Source: Candidatus Limnocylindria bacterium
GTDB lineage: Bacteria > Chloroflexota > Limnocylindria > QHBO01
Assembly: GCA_036555005.1 (NCBI GenBank)
Contig: DATBME010000007.1
Coordinates: forward strand, 1 to 48,660
Direction: 5' to 3'
Length of the DNA stretch: 48,660 nucleotides
Shown here: positions 16,957 through 25,723 of the stretch, piece after piece
How positions within the stretch are numbered: the stretch's first letter is position 1
Layout: each line of letters starts with the position of its first letter
Made by a program: the position numbers and the translations under genes
Notes under the pieces: model-generated
The model's database searches: none
Told to the model about the DNA's origin: nothing
The model's input: only the letters and a program-made list of their open reading frames with translations

Positions 16957-19900
16957 CCGATCGGCACCTCGGCCGGGATGTCGGCCAGCCGCAGGCTGAC
17001 CAGCGCCGAGACCGCAGCGTCGTCCATGGTCACGCCGTAGATCGTGTCCGCCACCTCGATGGTGGCGCGGTTGTGGGTGATGACGACGAAGTCGATCTCC
17101 TCCGACAGGCGGCGCAACGCGTCGGCGAAGCGGCCGATGTTGGCCTCGTCCAGCGCCGCGTCGACCTCGTCCAGGATGCAGAACGGCACCGGGTTCACGC
17201 TCAGCATGGCGAACAGCAGGGCCACGCCCGTCAGCGCCCGCTCCCCACCGGAGAGCATCGCCAGCCGCTGCAGCCGCTTGCCGGGCGGCCGCACTACGAT
17301 CTCGATGCCGCCCGGCGCCTCGCCATCCTCGCTGTCACCGAGCTGCAGCGACGCCGAGCCGCCTGCGAACAGCAGCCGGCAGAAGTCGTCGAAGCGCTCC
17401 CCGATCGCCGCGAAGGCTGCGTTGAAGCGGGCGGTGATGTCCGCGTCGAGCTGCCCGATCAGCTCCTCGGTGCCCGCGATCGCCCGGCCCAGGTCGGCGT
17501 CCTGGGTGCTCAGGTCGTCCAGCCGCGCCGACAGCTCCCGGTGCTCCTCGACCGCGAACGGGTTGACCGATCCGATCTGCGACAGGGTCCGCCGCACGCG
17601 GCGCAGCTCGCCGTCCAGGGCGTCGTCGTCGAGGGCGCCCAGCTCGGGGACCAGCTCCTCGCTGGGCGCGGCCGGCGTGGGGGTCGTGATGGCCAGATCC
17701 TCGCCCTCGGCCGTCTCTCCCGGTCCTGGCTGCGGCAGCGAATCCAGGGCCAGCTCACGCTCGCGTGCCAGGGCGGCCAAAGCCTCTTCGTGCCGCGAGG
17801 CCTCGATGGCGGCGGCCTGTGACTCGCGCTCCAGCTCCCCCAGGCGGCCGGCCTCGCCCACCTCGCGCTCCAGGGCCACCAGCGCCGCGCGCGCTGCATC
17901 GCGTTCGGCATCGCCAGCTTCCCGTGCCGCGGCCGCCGTCCCGTCGGCGTCGCGCGCGCCCGCGAGAGCCACCTCCAGCTCCGCGCGCTCGGCGGTCAAC
18001 CGTTCCATGGTCACACGCTGCGCGACGATCGCCGCCTCGGCCTGCATCTGCCGGGCAGCCGCCACGGCGCGGCTGCGCTCCGCTCCCAGCTGCCGGTTCT
18101 CGATCTCGCGGGCTGCCGCCTGCGCGGCGGTCCAGGCGACGCGGGCGCGGTCGCGCTCGACGGTCGCTGCCGCCCGACGATCGCGCAGGGCGGCGACCTC
18201 CGCTTCCAGCGACGGCAGGTCCGCGCCTCCGATCGGGCCACTGGCGCCATCGCCCGAGGGTTCGACCGGCGGCTGGGTGGCCAGTTCCTCCGAGAGCTGG
18301 GCCTCGGCGACGGCAGCGCGCTCAGCGACCAGCTCGGCCGCCGCCAGCGCACCGGCCGCCGTCCGCTCGTCGCGTTGGGCGGCTTCGTGGCCGCGCCGTG
18401 CGTCCTCCAGCCGCCGCCCAGCCTCGGTGACCGCCGCCATCGCGCGGGCCGCCTCCGCCGCCGCCGTTGCCTGCTCGGCGTCGATCGCCTCCAGCGCCTG
18501 CGCCAGCTCGCGGCGACGTCCATGGCGACGGGCGGCAGCGGATCCGTTCGACTCGGCGCGGCCGTGCAGCACCAGCAGGCCGCGCGCATCGGCCATGTCG
18601 CCCGCCGGCGTCACCGCCAGCCAGCCGGCCGGCAGCCGCCGCCAGGCGCCCAGCAGCGTCTCGACGTCGGGCAGCAGGGCGGTCCAGCGGAACAGGACCG
18701 GCAACCGCTCGCCGCCGATCCACTCGGCCAGCGTCTGCGTGGCGCCGACCGCCGCCAGCGCCTCCGCACGGTCGGCATCGGTCGGCGCAGCTCCGGCCGC
18801 GCTGCCATTGGCCAGCAGACGCGCCGAGCCGCGCGCCTCCAGCAGCCGGCCGGCCAGCTCACCGTCCTGCCACAGCAGGGCCTGCTCCAACTCTCCGCCG
18901 ACGATCGCCTCGACCGCCGGCCATGCCTCATCCGGCGCATCGATCCCGTCCAGCAAGGCGCGCCAGCCGGCCGCGCTCAGGATCGAGCCCAGCCGGCCAC
19001 GCCCCTCGGCGCGTTCCTGCAGCGCTTCGAGCTCGCCGCGCATCGCGCCGGCCTTCTCGGCCAGCTCGGACGCGCGCTGCCGAGCCGCGTCGGCCAGCGG
19101 CTGGGCCTCGACGATCGCCGCCAGCGCCGCCTCGTGCGTTGCCTGCGTGGCGGCAGCCGCCTCGGCCGTCGATGACGCCGTGGCGCGCAAGGCGGGTAGC
19201 TGATCGATCGCGTCCGCTGCCTGGCGGCGGGTCTCATCCAGCTCCTGCTCGAGCTGCTCGCGACGCGCGCGAACGCGGGCCGACTGCTCCTCGCGGCGCG
19301 CCGCGTCGGCGATGCGCAGCCCGGCTCGGTGACGAGCCTCGGCCAGGCGCTCCTCGCCCGCCAGCAGCGACAGGTCGAGGTCGGCCAGCGCCGCCGATGC
19401 CGCCTGCCAGCCGGCCTCCGCCGTCGCGGCCGTAGCCACGGCCCGCGTCAGCGGGTCGTCATCGGCCCCCGCCTTCGTCGGCATCCCATCGGTCGGCGCG
19501 GCGGCCAGCTCTCCCTCCGCGCTGCGCAACGCGTGGGCGGCCTCCTCCAGCCGGCGACCGACACCGTCCAGGGCGGATTCGGCGCGGACCAGCGCCTCGC
19601 GCGTCACGCCGTGGCGCTGCGCCGCCTCGCGGGCGGCCGCATCGGCTCGCCAGTAGGCCTCTTCGGCCGCGGCAATCGAGCGGCGGTTGGCATCGGCGGC
19701 CGATCGGTGCTCCTCGAGCGCGGCCTCCGCCGCGGCGGCCCGGCGGCGGGCCTCGCCCAGCGCCTGCCGCTCGGTGGACTCGCGACGGCGATGCGCCTCC
19801 AGCACCCCGGCCCGCGCCCGCGCCACCAGCGAGTCATGCTCCTGGGCGTGCTGCGCCTGGAGTCCCAGCCGCCGCACCTGCGGCTTCAGCTCGGCGATCA

Positions 19901-20483
19901 GGTCGGTCACGCGGGTCAGGTTGTCGCGTGCCTTGGCGAGCCGCGCCAGCGCCTCGTTCTTGCGCACCTGCAGGTTCTTGACGCCGGCGGCCTCCTCGAA
20001 CAGCTGCCGTCGTTCCTCGGGACGCAGGGAGAGTGCCGAGTCGACGGTCCCCTGCCCCACCACCACCAGCTCGTTGGCACCCAGCCGCCCCTCGCCCAGC
20101 AGCTCGACCACGTCGCGCAGCCGGGCTCGCGCGCCGTTGATCAGGTACTCGCTCTCGCCGGAGCGGTAGGCCCGACGCCCGATCGACACCTCGTTGAACT
20201 CGATCGGCAGCCAGCCGTCGGCGTTGTCCAGGGTCAGGATCGCCTCGGCCATGCCCTGCGGCTTGCGCTGCTGCGAGCCGGCGAAGATCACGTCATCGGC
20301 GCGGCGGGTGCGCAGCGACCGGTTCGACTGCTCGCCCAGCACCCAGCGCACCGCATCGGCCATGTTGCTCTTGCCCGAGCCGTTGGGGCCGATGACGGCG
20401 TTGACGCCGGGCTCGAAGACGAAGCGGGTGGGGTCGGCGAAGGTCTTGAATCCGTGCAGCCGCAGCTCGCGGAGCCGGCTCAC
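16953..20483 (-). CDS. smc: Chromosome segregation protein SMC
   Basis: 1176 aa. N-terminal GPNGSGKSN, long Ala/Glu/Arg coiled coils, C-terminal LSGGERALTGVALLFA and ILDEVDAALD. Confidence 0.96.
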   Translation of the reverse strand: MSRLRELRLHGFKTFADPTRFVFEPGVNAVIGPNGSGKSNMADAVRWVLGEQSNRSLRTRRADDVIFAGSQQRKPQGMAEAILTLDNADGWLPIEFNEVSIGRRAYRSGESEYLINGARARLRDVVELLGEGRLGANELVVVGQGTVDSALSLRPEERRQLFEEAAGVKNLQVRKNEALARLAKARDNLTRVTDLIAELKPQVRRLGLQAQHAQEHDSLVARARAGVLEAHRRRESTERQALGEARRRAAAAEAALEEHRSAADANRRSIAAAEEAYWRADAAAREAAQRHGVTREALVRAESALDGVGRRLEEAAHALRSAEGELAAAPTDGMPTKAGADDDPLTRAVATAATAEAGWQAASAALADLDLSLLAGEERLAEARHRAGLRIADAARREEQSARVRARREQLEQELDETRRQAADAIDQLPALRATASSTAEAAAATQATHEAALAAIVEAQPLADAARQRASELAEKAGAMRGELEALQERAEGRGRLGSILSAAGWRALLDGIDAPDEAWPAVEAIVGGELEQALLWQDGELAGRLLEARGSARLLANGSAAGAAPTDADRAEALAAVGATQTLAEWIGGERLPVLFRWTALLPDVETLLGAWRRLPAGWLAVTPAGDMADARGLLVLHGRAESNGSAAARRHGRRRELAQALEAIDAEQATAAAEAARAMAAVTEAGRRLEDARRGHEAAQRDERTAAGALAAAELVAERAAVAEAQLSEELATQPPVEPSGDGASGPIGGADLPSLEAEVAALRDRRAAATVERDRARVAWTAAQAAAREIENRQLGAERSRAVAAARQMQAEAAIVAQRVTMERLTAERAELEVALAGARDADGTAAAAREAGDAERDAARAALVALEREVGEAGRLGELERESQAAAIEASRHEEALAALARERELALDSLPQPGPGETAEGEDLAITTPTPAAPSEELVPELGALDDDALDGELRRVRRTLSQIGSVNPFAVEEHRELSARLDDLSTQDADLGRAIAGTEELIGQLDADITARFNAAFAAIGERFDDFCRLLFAGGSASLQLGDSEDGEAPGGIEIVVRPPGKRLQRLAMLSGGERALTGVALLFAMLSVNPVPFCILDEVDAALDEANIGRFADALRRLSEEIDFVVITHNRATIEVADTIYGVTMDDAAVSALVSLRLADIPAEVPIG

Positions 20484-21190
20484 ACCTCGATCCCCGAGCG
20501 GCCCAGGCTGTCCAGCGCGGCGCTGGCGGCCCGCTCCTCGGCGCGCTGGCGGCTGGATCCCTCGCCGATGGCGATCCGTTCGCCGCGCAGCACCGCCGCC
20601 ACCGTGAAGGTCTGGTCGTGGTCCGGACCGATGGTGCTCACCACCTCATAGTGTGGCTTGATCCGGTGCTCCCGCTGTGACCATTCCTGCAGCCGGCTCT
20701 TGGCCGACTTCGGCGGCTCGGGCTCGTCGGCTCCGGGCATCGGCGAGTCGAACAGGCGGATCAGCCATTCGCGGCTGACATCCATGCCCTCCGACAGGAA
20801 GATCGCGCCGGCCAGGGCCTCGAAGGCGCCGGCCAGGACCGATGGGCGGGTGGCCCCGCCGGCCTCCGACTCTCCCCGGCCGAGCAGGAGGTATCGGTCC
20901 AGGCCGATCCGGAGGCCGAGCATGGCCAGGGCGTCGCGGTTGACGAGTGCCGCCCGACGAGCGGTCAGCAGGCCTTCGTCGTCGTCGGGAAAGCGCTCGA
21001 ACAGGAGGCGGCTGACGACGAGGCCGATGACGGCGTCACCGAGGAACTCGAGGCGCTCGTTGTGCCCCGAGACGGTGTGCGGGTTCTCGTTGAAGTAAGA
21101 GCTGTGGACGAAGGCCTGGCGGATGGCCTCCGGGTCCTTCAGGACGATGCCGAGGCGCTCACCCAGGTCGTCCAGAAGCGGAACGGCCAT
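20480..21190 (-). CDS. rnc: Ribonuclease III
   Basis: ERLEFLGDAV signature and a C-terminal dsRBD-like segment. 4-nt overlap with smc. Confidence 0.95.
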   Translation of the reverse strand: MAVPLLDDLGERLGIVLKDPEAIRQAFVHSSYFNENPHTVSGHNERLEFLGDAVIGLVVSRLLFERFPDDDEGLLTARRAALVNRDALAMLGLRIGLDRYLLLGRGESEAGGATRPSVLAGAFEALAGAIFLSEGMDVSREWLIRLFDSPMPGADEPEPPKSAKSRLQEWSQREHRIKPHYEVVSTIGPDHDQTFTVAAVLRGERIAIGEGSSRQRAEERAASAALDSLGRSGIEV

Positions 21191-21199
21191 GGGCGCTCG

Positions 21200-21442
21200 C
21201 TACTGCTGGTGCTCCTCGATGAACTCGACGGCGTCGGAGACCTTCTGGATCTTCTCGGCATCCTCGTCCGAGATCTCCATGCCGAACTCTTCCTCGAGGC
21301 TCATGATGAGCTCGACCAGATCCAGCGAATCGGCGTTGAGGTCTTCGACGAACGACGCCTGCGGCGTGACCTCCTCCTCGTCAACGCCGAGCTGCTCGAC
21401 GATGATCTTCTTGAGTCGTTCGAAGGTGGTTCCGTCGGTCAC
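21200..21442 (-). CDS. acpP: Acyl carrier protein
   Basis: [21 protein letters not shown] phosphopantetheine-Ser motif. The GTG start overlaps the nusB stop (GTGA). Confidence 0.93.
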   Translation of the reverse strand: MTDGTTFERLKKIIVEQLGVDEEEVTPQASFVEDLNADSLDLVELIMSLEEEFGMEISDEDAEKIQKVSDAVEFIEEHQQ

Positions 21443-21900
21443 CCGTCTCTGGCTCCTCTTACGCTCCCCGATGGCCGGGACACGCTCCCGAGCACGCCGT
21501 TCACGAGGCGGCGGGCTGCGTCTCCGGCGTATGTCCGGGCGAGAGACACCGCATCGTGAATCGTCTCCCCGCTCGGCGCGGCGGAGTATAGCACCTCGAA
21601 GATCGCGCTCCGGAGGATCGTCCGCTCCACGATTCCGAGCTCACTGACCGGGATCGCCGGCGCGTGACGCGCGATCTCGGCGTCCAGCGCGGCCCGATGC
21701 TCGAGCACGCCCTCCACGATCCGCCGCGCGTGCTCACGGACCGCCGCCGGCACGCCCTTCTCGGCCGCCAGTCGGTCGAGCGCCGCGCTCGCCTGGTCGG
21801 GCCGGAACTCGTCCTCGAACAGCGACAGCATCGCCAGCCGGCGCGCCTGGAAGCCGGTCCCGGTGCGGGCCCGGGTGCGACGGCGCGGGGCGGCGGCCAC
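21439..21900 (-). CDS. nusB: Transcription antitermination factor NusB
   Basis: The segments [11 protein letters not shown]...[16 protein letters not shown]...[24 protein letters not shown] form the NusB pattern. Start assigned to in-frame GTG at 21898-21900, 5 nt after the plsX stop. The track ORF extends into plsX. Confidence 0.8.
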   Translation of the reverse strand: MAAAPRRRTRARTGTGFQARRLAMLSLFEDEFRPDQASAALDRLAAEKGVPAAVREHARRIVEGVLEHRAALDAEIARHAPAIPVSELGIVERTILRSAIFEVLYSAAPSGETIHDAVSLARTYAGDAARRLVNGVLGSVSRPSGSVRGARDG

Positions 21901-21905
21901 CGGGC

Positions 21906-22994
21906 TCAGCCGTCGGCTCCCGGCCCCGTGGCGATCGTCTGGGTATCCGCCGCGACCGGCGCGCCCTCGATGGTCCGACCGCCATCGGTGCGGGCCAGCG
22001 CCGGGTGCCGGCGACTCCACTCCGCGATGAGTTCGGGGATGCGCGCTTCGGCCGCCTCCGAGGCGACGCGCATGGCGTGCTCGATCATCCGCTCGCGGGC
22101 GCGACCGTGGGTCACGATGCTCACCCCGCGCACGCCGAGCAGCGGCGCGCCGCCGTATCGCTCGTAGTCGAAGCGATGCTTCAGCCGGTCGAAGCCCGGC
22201 TTGAGCGCCAGCAGCGCGATGGGGGCCACCGGCCCCTCCTGCAGGTCGGTGCGCAGCGACCGGAAGATGTAGCTCGTCAGGCCCTCGAAGAACTTGATCA
22301 CCACGTTGCCGACGAAGCCGTCGCAGATCACCACGTCGGCCACATGGCTGATCATGTCGTTGCCCTCGACGTTGCCGACGAAGTTCAGGTCGGCACCGCG
22401 CATCAGCGTATGGGTCTCACGTGCCAGGGCGTTCCCCTTCTCGACCTCCTCCCCGATGTTCAGGAGACCGATGCGGGGGCGCGGCACCTTCAGGACGTGC
22501 TCCGCGTAGATCGAGCCCATGACCGCGAAGTGCACGAGGTTGGTGGCGTCGGAGTCGACGTTGGCGCCGACGTCCAGGATCATGATCGGCCCGGTGGCGG
22601 TCACCAGGTGTGCGCCAAGCGCCGGCCGGTCGATGCCCTCGATGCGGCCCAGCCGGAAGACCGCGGCGGCCATGGTGGCGCCGGTCGAGCCGGCGGAGAC
22701 GACCGCATCGGCCAGGCCGTCGCGCACCAGGTCGGTGGCCACGCGGATGGAGGCGCGGCGCTTCGAGCGCAGGGCGACCGCGGGCGACTCGCCCATGCCG
22801 ATCACCTCCGGCGCATCGGCGAAGCTGACGCTGGCCGGACGGCCGTGGCCGTAGGCCTCGATCTCGGACTCGAGCCGGGGAACGTCGCCGACCAGGATCA
22901 CCTCGTCGGCGTTGGCAGCCGCGTAGTTGATGGCGCCGCGCACGATCTCGCGAGGAGCGAAATCGCCGCCCATCGCGTCGATCGCGATGCGCAT
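21906..22994 (-). CDS. plsX: Phosphate acyltransferase PlsX
   Basis: MRIAIDAMGGDFAP N-terminus. Sits in rpmF-plsX context. Confidence 0.95.
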   Translation of the reverse strand: MRIAIDAMGGDFAPREIVRGAINYAAANADEVILVGDVPRLESEIEAYGHGRPASVSFADAPEVIGMGESPAVALRSKRRASIRVATDLVRDGLADAVVSAGSTGATMAAAVFRLGRIEGIDRPALGAHLVTATGPIMILDVGANVDSDATNLVHFAVMGSIYAEHVLKVPRPRIGLLNIGEEVEKGNALARETHTLMRGADLNFVGNVEGNDMISHVADVVICDGFVGNVVIKFFEGLTSYIFRSLRTDLQEGPVAPIALLALKPGFDRLKHRFDYERYGGAPLLGVRGVSIVTHGRARERMIEHAMRVASEAAEARIPELIAEWSRRHPALARTDGGRTIEGAPVAADTQTIATGPGADG

Positions 22995-23007
22995 CAGCGG
23001 CTGCGCG

Positions 23008-23214
23008 TCAGCGCGGTCCGCCCTCGGCCGGGGCGTTCGCCTCCACCGGCACCACCTCGCGGCCGTTGTAGTAGCCGCAGGTCGGGCAGACGTGGTGGGC
23101 GCGCTTCAGCTCGTGGCAGTGGCTGCATTCGACGAGTGGCGGCGCGCTGATCGCCAGGTGCGCGCGCCGCTCACCCTGGCGCGCCTTCGATACTTTTCGC
23201 TTGGGGACGCCCAC
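23008..23214 (-). CDS. rpmF: 50S ribosomal protein L32 (Cys4 zinc-ribbon form)
   Basis: [18 protein letters not shown] plus CSHC...CPTC. GTG start. Confidence 0.93.
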   Translation of the reverse strand: MGVPKRKVSKARQGERRAHLAISAPPLVECSHCHELKRAHHVCPTCGYYNGREVVPVEANAPAEGGPR

Positions 23215-23262
23215 GCGTGACTCCTGGTGCTTCCTTCAGTGGGGACGCCGCAGTATACCCGC

Positions 23263-23796
23263 TCAGCTGTCCCGGTCGAGAAAGCGGGCCAGTCCGGCCA
23301 GGCGCGGGTCGATCTCGTCGGTGGCGTGCGGCACGTGGTCCCCGTCCAGGCGAGCGCCGCACTCCGCGCAGAGGCCCGGGCAGTCCGGCCGGCAGAGCGG
23401 ATGCATGGGCTCGGTCAGCGCGAACTCCTCGCGAATCACCGGGGTCAGGTCGATCTCGTGGTGGTCGTCGATCAGCAGCGTGGCTTGATCCTCGCCATCG
23501 CGCTCCACCGCCATGCCAGTCTCCGGGTCGATGCTGGGCAGGAACTCTTCGGAGATGCGGATGCCGGTCGGCTCCACGAAGGCCTCGAGGCATCGCGCGC
23601 AGGTGCGGCGCACCGGAGCCTCGATCTCGCCACGGACCAGGATGCCGCGGTTCGTGCGCTGGAACGTGAGCGTGCCGTTGAGCGGACCCGCCAGCTCGAC
23701 ATCGGGACCCAGCGACAAGTAGCGGTCGCGCAGGCGCAGCTCGCGGACCGCACCGGGCGCCTCTCGGAGCAGGCCCGCGACGTTGAGGACGGTCAT
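23263..23796 (-). CDS. DUF177 / YceD-family protein
   Basis: Conserved position immediately upstream of rpmF. C-terminal Cys cluster CRPDCPGLCAECG. Start at ATG (MTVLNVAGLL...), which overlaps the stop of the upstream gene (ATGA). Confidence 0.85.
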   Translation of the reverse strand: MTVLNVAGLLREAPGAVRELRLRDRYLSLGPDVELAGPLNGTLTFQRTNRGILVRGEIEAPVRRTCARCLEAFVEPTGIRISEEFLPSIDPETGMAVERDGEDQATLLIDDHHEIDLTPVIREEFALTEPMHPLCRPDCPGLCAECGARLDGDHVPHATDEIDPRLAGLARFLDRDS

Positions 23797-24278
23797 GTCG
23801 TGGACGCGGCTTCGGTCGCCTCCGGCTCCACGCTGAGCTGCCCCGTGCCATCGGTCGGCGGGCGCGGGATCTGATGGCGCTCGTCGAGCATGTCGATCCC
23901 CCGCTTGATGCTGGTCAGCGCCTTGATGCACTCGCCCTCGAGCCGGATCAGCACGCCGGCGGCGTACTCATCGGCTCCGCGGCGGACCTCCGCCGCCTCC
24001 GAGTTGGCGGTGTCCAGGATCTCGCCGGCGCGCTGCTGGGCCATGCGCACCAGCTCCCGCTCCTCGAGCATCTGGGCGGCCTGCTCCTGGGCGCGGGCGA
24101 TCACCGCGTTGCCCTCGTCGCGGGCTCGTTCGGTGATACGGCCGGCCTCCTCGGTGATGCGCTTGGCCTGGCGCACCTCGTCCGGCACAGAGGCGCGCAG
24201 CTGGTCGATCAGCTCCAGCACCGCGGCCTGGTCGAGCACCACGTTGTTCGTGAGCGGCACCTTCTTGCCGGCCGCCAC
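23793..24278 (-). CDS. Coiled-coil protein of unknown function (often annotated ATPase/stator-subunit-like); 5' end uncertain
   Basis: Heptad-rich sequence (..VLELIDQLRASVPDEVRQAKRITEEAGRITERARDE..). The track start is GTG at 24278. The frame is open a further 14 codons (A T D I I F L V E R L E S L) back to TGA at 24321-24323 with no canonical start in that stretch. GGAGG sits at 24327-24331. Confidence 0.7.
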   Translation of the reverse strand: MAAGKKVPLTNNVVLDQAAVLELIDQLRASVPDEVRQAKRITEEAGRITERARDEGNAVIARAQEQAAQMLEERELVRMAQQRAGEILDTANSEAAEVRRGADEYAAGVLIRLEGECIKALTSIKRGIDMLDERHQIPRPPTDGTGQLSVEPEATEAASTT

Positions 24279-24343
24279 CAGGCTCTCCAGCCGCTCGACG
24301 AGGAAGATGATGTCCGTGGCTCAGGCCCTCCGTGATCGGGGCG

Positions 24344-24349
24344 ATTATA
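24344..24349 (-). promoter_or_regulatory. Candidate -10 box (perfect TATAAT)
   Basis: The reverse strand reads GGGACTATAATCGCC about 13 nt upstream of GGAGG and about 30 nt upstream of the coiled-coil reading frame. No convincing -35 is present. Confidence 0.4.
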
Positions 24350-24471
24350 GTCCCGCCCTCCCCCGCTTCCTGTCGGGCATGAGTCAGGTCCTTCCAGCAC
24401 CGAGAGGGGCCAGCACGGGGTTCAGCCAGCATGGGTAGGGTTATCCGCCGAAAATCTGTCACCATGGTCGG

Positions 24472-24495
24472 GGTCGATCCCGTGGTCGATCCCGC
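24472..24495. repeat. Tandem 12-nt direct repeat in noncoding gap
   Basis: ggtcgatcccgt is followed directly by ggtcgatcccgc. Confidence 0.8.
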
Positions 24496-24649
24496 CTGAC
24501 ACTGGAGACAGCCCATTACAGCCCTATGTGCTGCGAGACGCGCTGAACCCCTGCTGCGGCCGGCGCTTGCCCACCGCTTCGCGGCTCACCAGCCCTACAG
24601 GTGCTGAAACACATTCGGTGCCATCCCAAGGCGCCCGGTCGCGTTCCGA

Positions 24650-25162
24650 TCAGCCGCTCGGTGGCGCCGGCGACGATTGCGTGCTGAACCGGGCGGCGAG
24701 CGCCTGCGCCACCGGCGGCGGAACCATCTCGGCGACGTCGCCGCCGAACTGGGCCACCTCCTTGGCCAGCGTGCTCGACAGGTAGCCGAACTCGAGCGCC
24801 GACATCAGGAAGATGGTGTCCACGCCGCGCTGCAGGCGACGATTGGTGTGCGCCATCTGCAGCTCCGCCTCGAAGTCGCTCACCGCCCGCAGGCCGCGCA
24901 CGATGAACGCCGCCTCCTGCCGGCGCGCGAACTCCACCGTCAGGCCGTCGAACGCCTCGACCGCGACGTTGTCGCCGAACTCGGCCACCGACTCACTGAT
25001 CATGGCCACCCGCTCCTCCACGCTGAAGAGCGGCGCCTTCTTCGGGTTGTGCAGCACGCCGATCACCAACCGGTCGAACAGCGCCGCTGCGCGGCGCGCG
25101 ACGTCCAGGTGCGCCATGGTCATCGGGTCGAACGAACCGGGGAAGACCGCCACGCGGCTCAT
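24650..25162 (-). CDS. coaD: Phosphopantetheine adenylyltransferase
   Basis: MSRVAVFPGSFDPMTMAHLD and YLSSTLAKEV motifs are present. The start ATG overlaps the rsmD stop (ATGA). Confidence 0.93.
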   Translation of the reverse strand: MSRVAVFPGSFDPMTMAHLDVARRAAALFDRLVIGVLHNPKKAPLFSVEERVAMISESVAEFGDNVAVEAFDGLTVEFARRQEAAFIVRGLRAVSDFEAELQMAHTNRRLQRGVDTIFLMSALEFGYLSSTLAKEVAQFGGDVAEMVPPPVAQALAARFSTQSSPAPPSG

Positions 25163-25701
25163 GGCACCTCCAGGAAGGTGAGCGTGGTCTCGCCGAACCG
25201 CCGGTCGCGCCACGTCCGCAGTCCGTCCGGCACCGGAATCGGCGTCCGCCAGAAGTGCTTGACCACCACCGTCGCCGACCGAGCGAGCAGGGCGACCACG
25301 CCTTCGAGCGGCGGGAGGATAGCACGCTCGTCATAGGGCGGATCGAGTACGACCAGCCCATAGCGATCGCCTGCTGCGGCACCTGCCTTCAGGAAGCGAC
25401 CGACGTCCTCGCCGCGCACCGTCGCCGCCTCGGCCAGCCCGGTGCGACGCAGGTTCTCGTTGATCGCGGCCAGCGCCACTCTCCTCTTGTCGACGAACGT
25501 CGCATGCGTCGCGCCGCGCGAGAGCGCCTCGATGCCCACCGCCCCGCTGCCGGCGTACAGGTCCAGCACCCGCACCTCGACCACTCGCTCGCCGAGGATC
25601 CCGAACAGCGTCTCCTTGACGCGGTCGGTGATCGGCCGGGTGGCCCGGTCGCGGGGTGCCGCCAGCTGGATGCCACGTGCCGCGCCGGCGATCACGCGCA
25701 T
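25159..25701 (-). CDS. rsmD: 16S rRNA (guanine966-N2)-methyltransferase RsmD
   Basis: MRVIAGAARG..., LDLYAGSGAVGIEALSRGA and DPPY motifs are present. The track ORF is a 5' over-extension into recG. Confidence 0.9.
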   Translation of the reverse strand: MRVIAGAARGIQLAAPRDRATRPITDRVKETLFGILGERVVEVRVLDLYAGSGAVGIEALSRGATHATFVDKRRVALAAINENLRRTGLAEAATVRGEDVGRFLKAGAAAGDRYGLVVLDPPYDERAILPPLEGVVALLARSATVVVKHFWRTPIPVPDGLRTWRDRRFGETTLTFLEVP

Positions 25702-25723
25702 CGCGCTCGCCGGGCGCGCCGGC

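Noticed and set aside
17044-19203. 719-aa Ser/Ala/Arg-rich plus-strand ORF, plus several 200-440-aa ORFs over 16680-20651
   Set aside because: All are antisense or off-frame to smc, whose Walker A, signature and Walker B motifs fix the true frame.
24383-24391. GTCAGGTCC on the plus strand, identical to the 5' half of the conserved SRP RNA domain IV motif. This was tempting because ffh and ftsY are in the window.
   Set aside because: The obligatory continuation GGAAGGAAGCAGC is absent; the sequence continues UUCCAGCACC. No matching 3' strand or long hairpin is present, so a 9-nt match is likely chance. A cmsearch with the bacterial SRP models would settle it.
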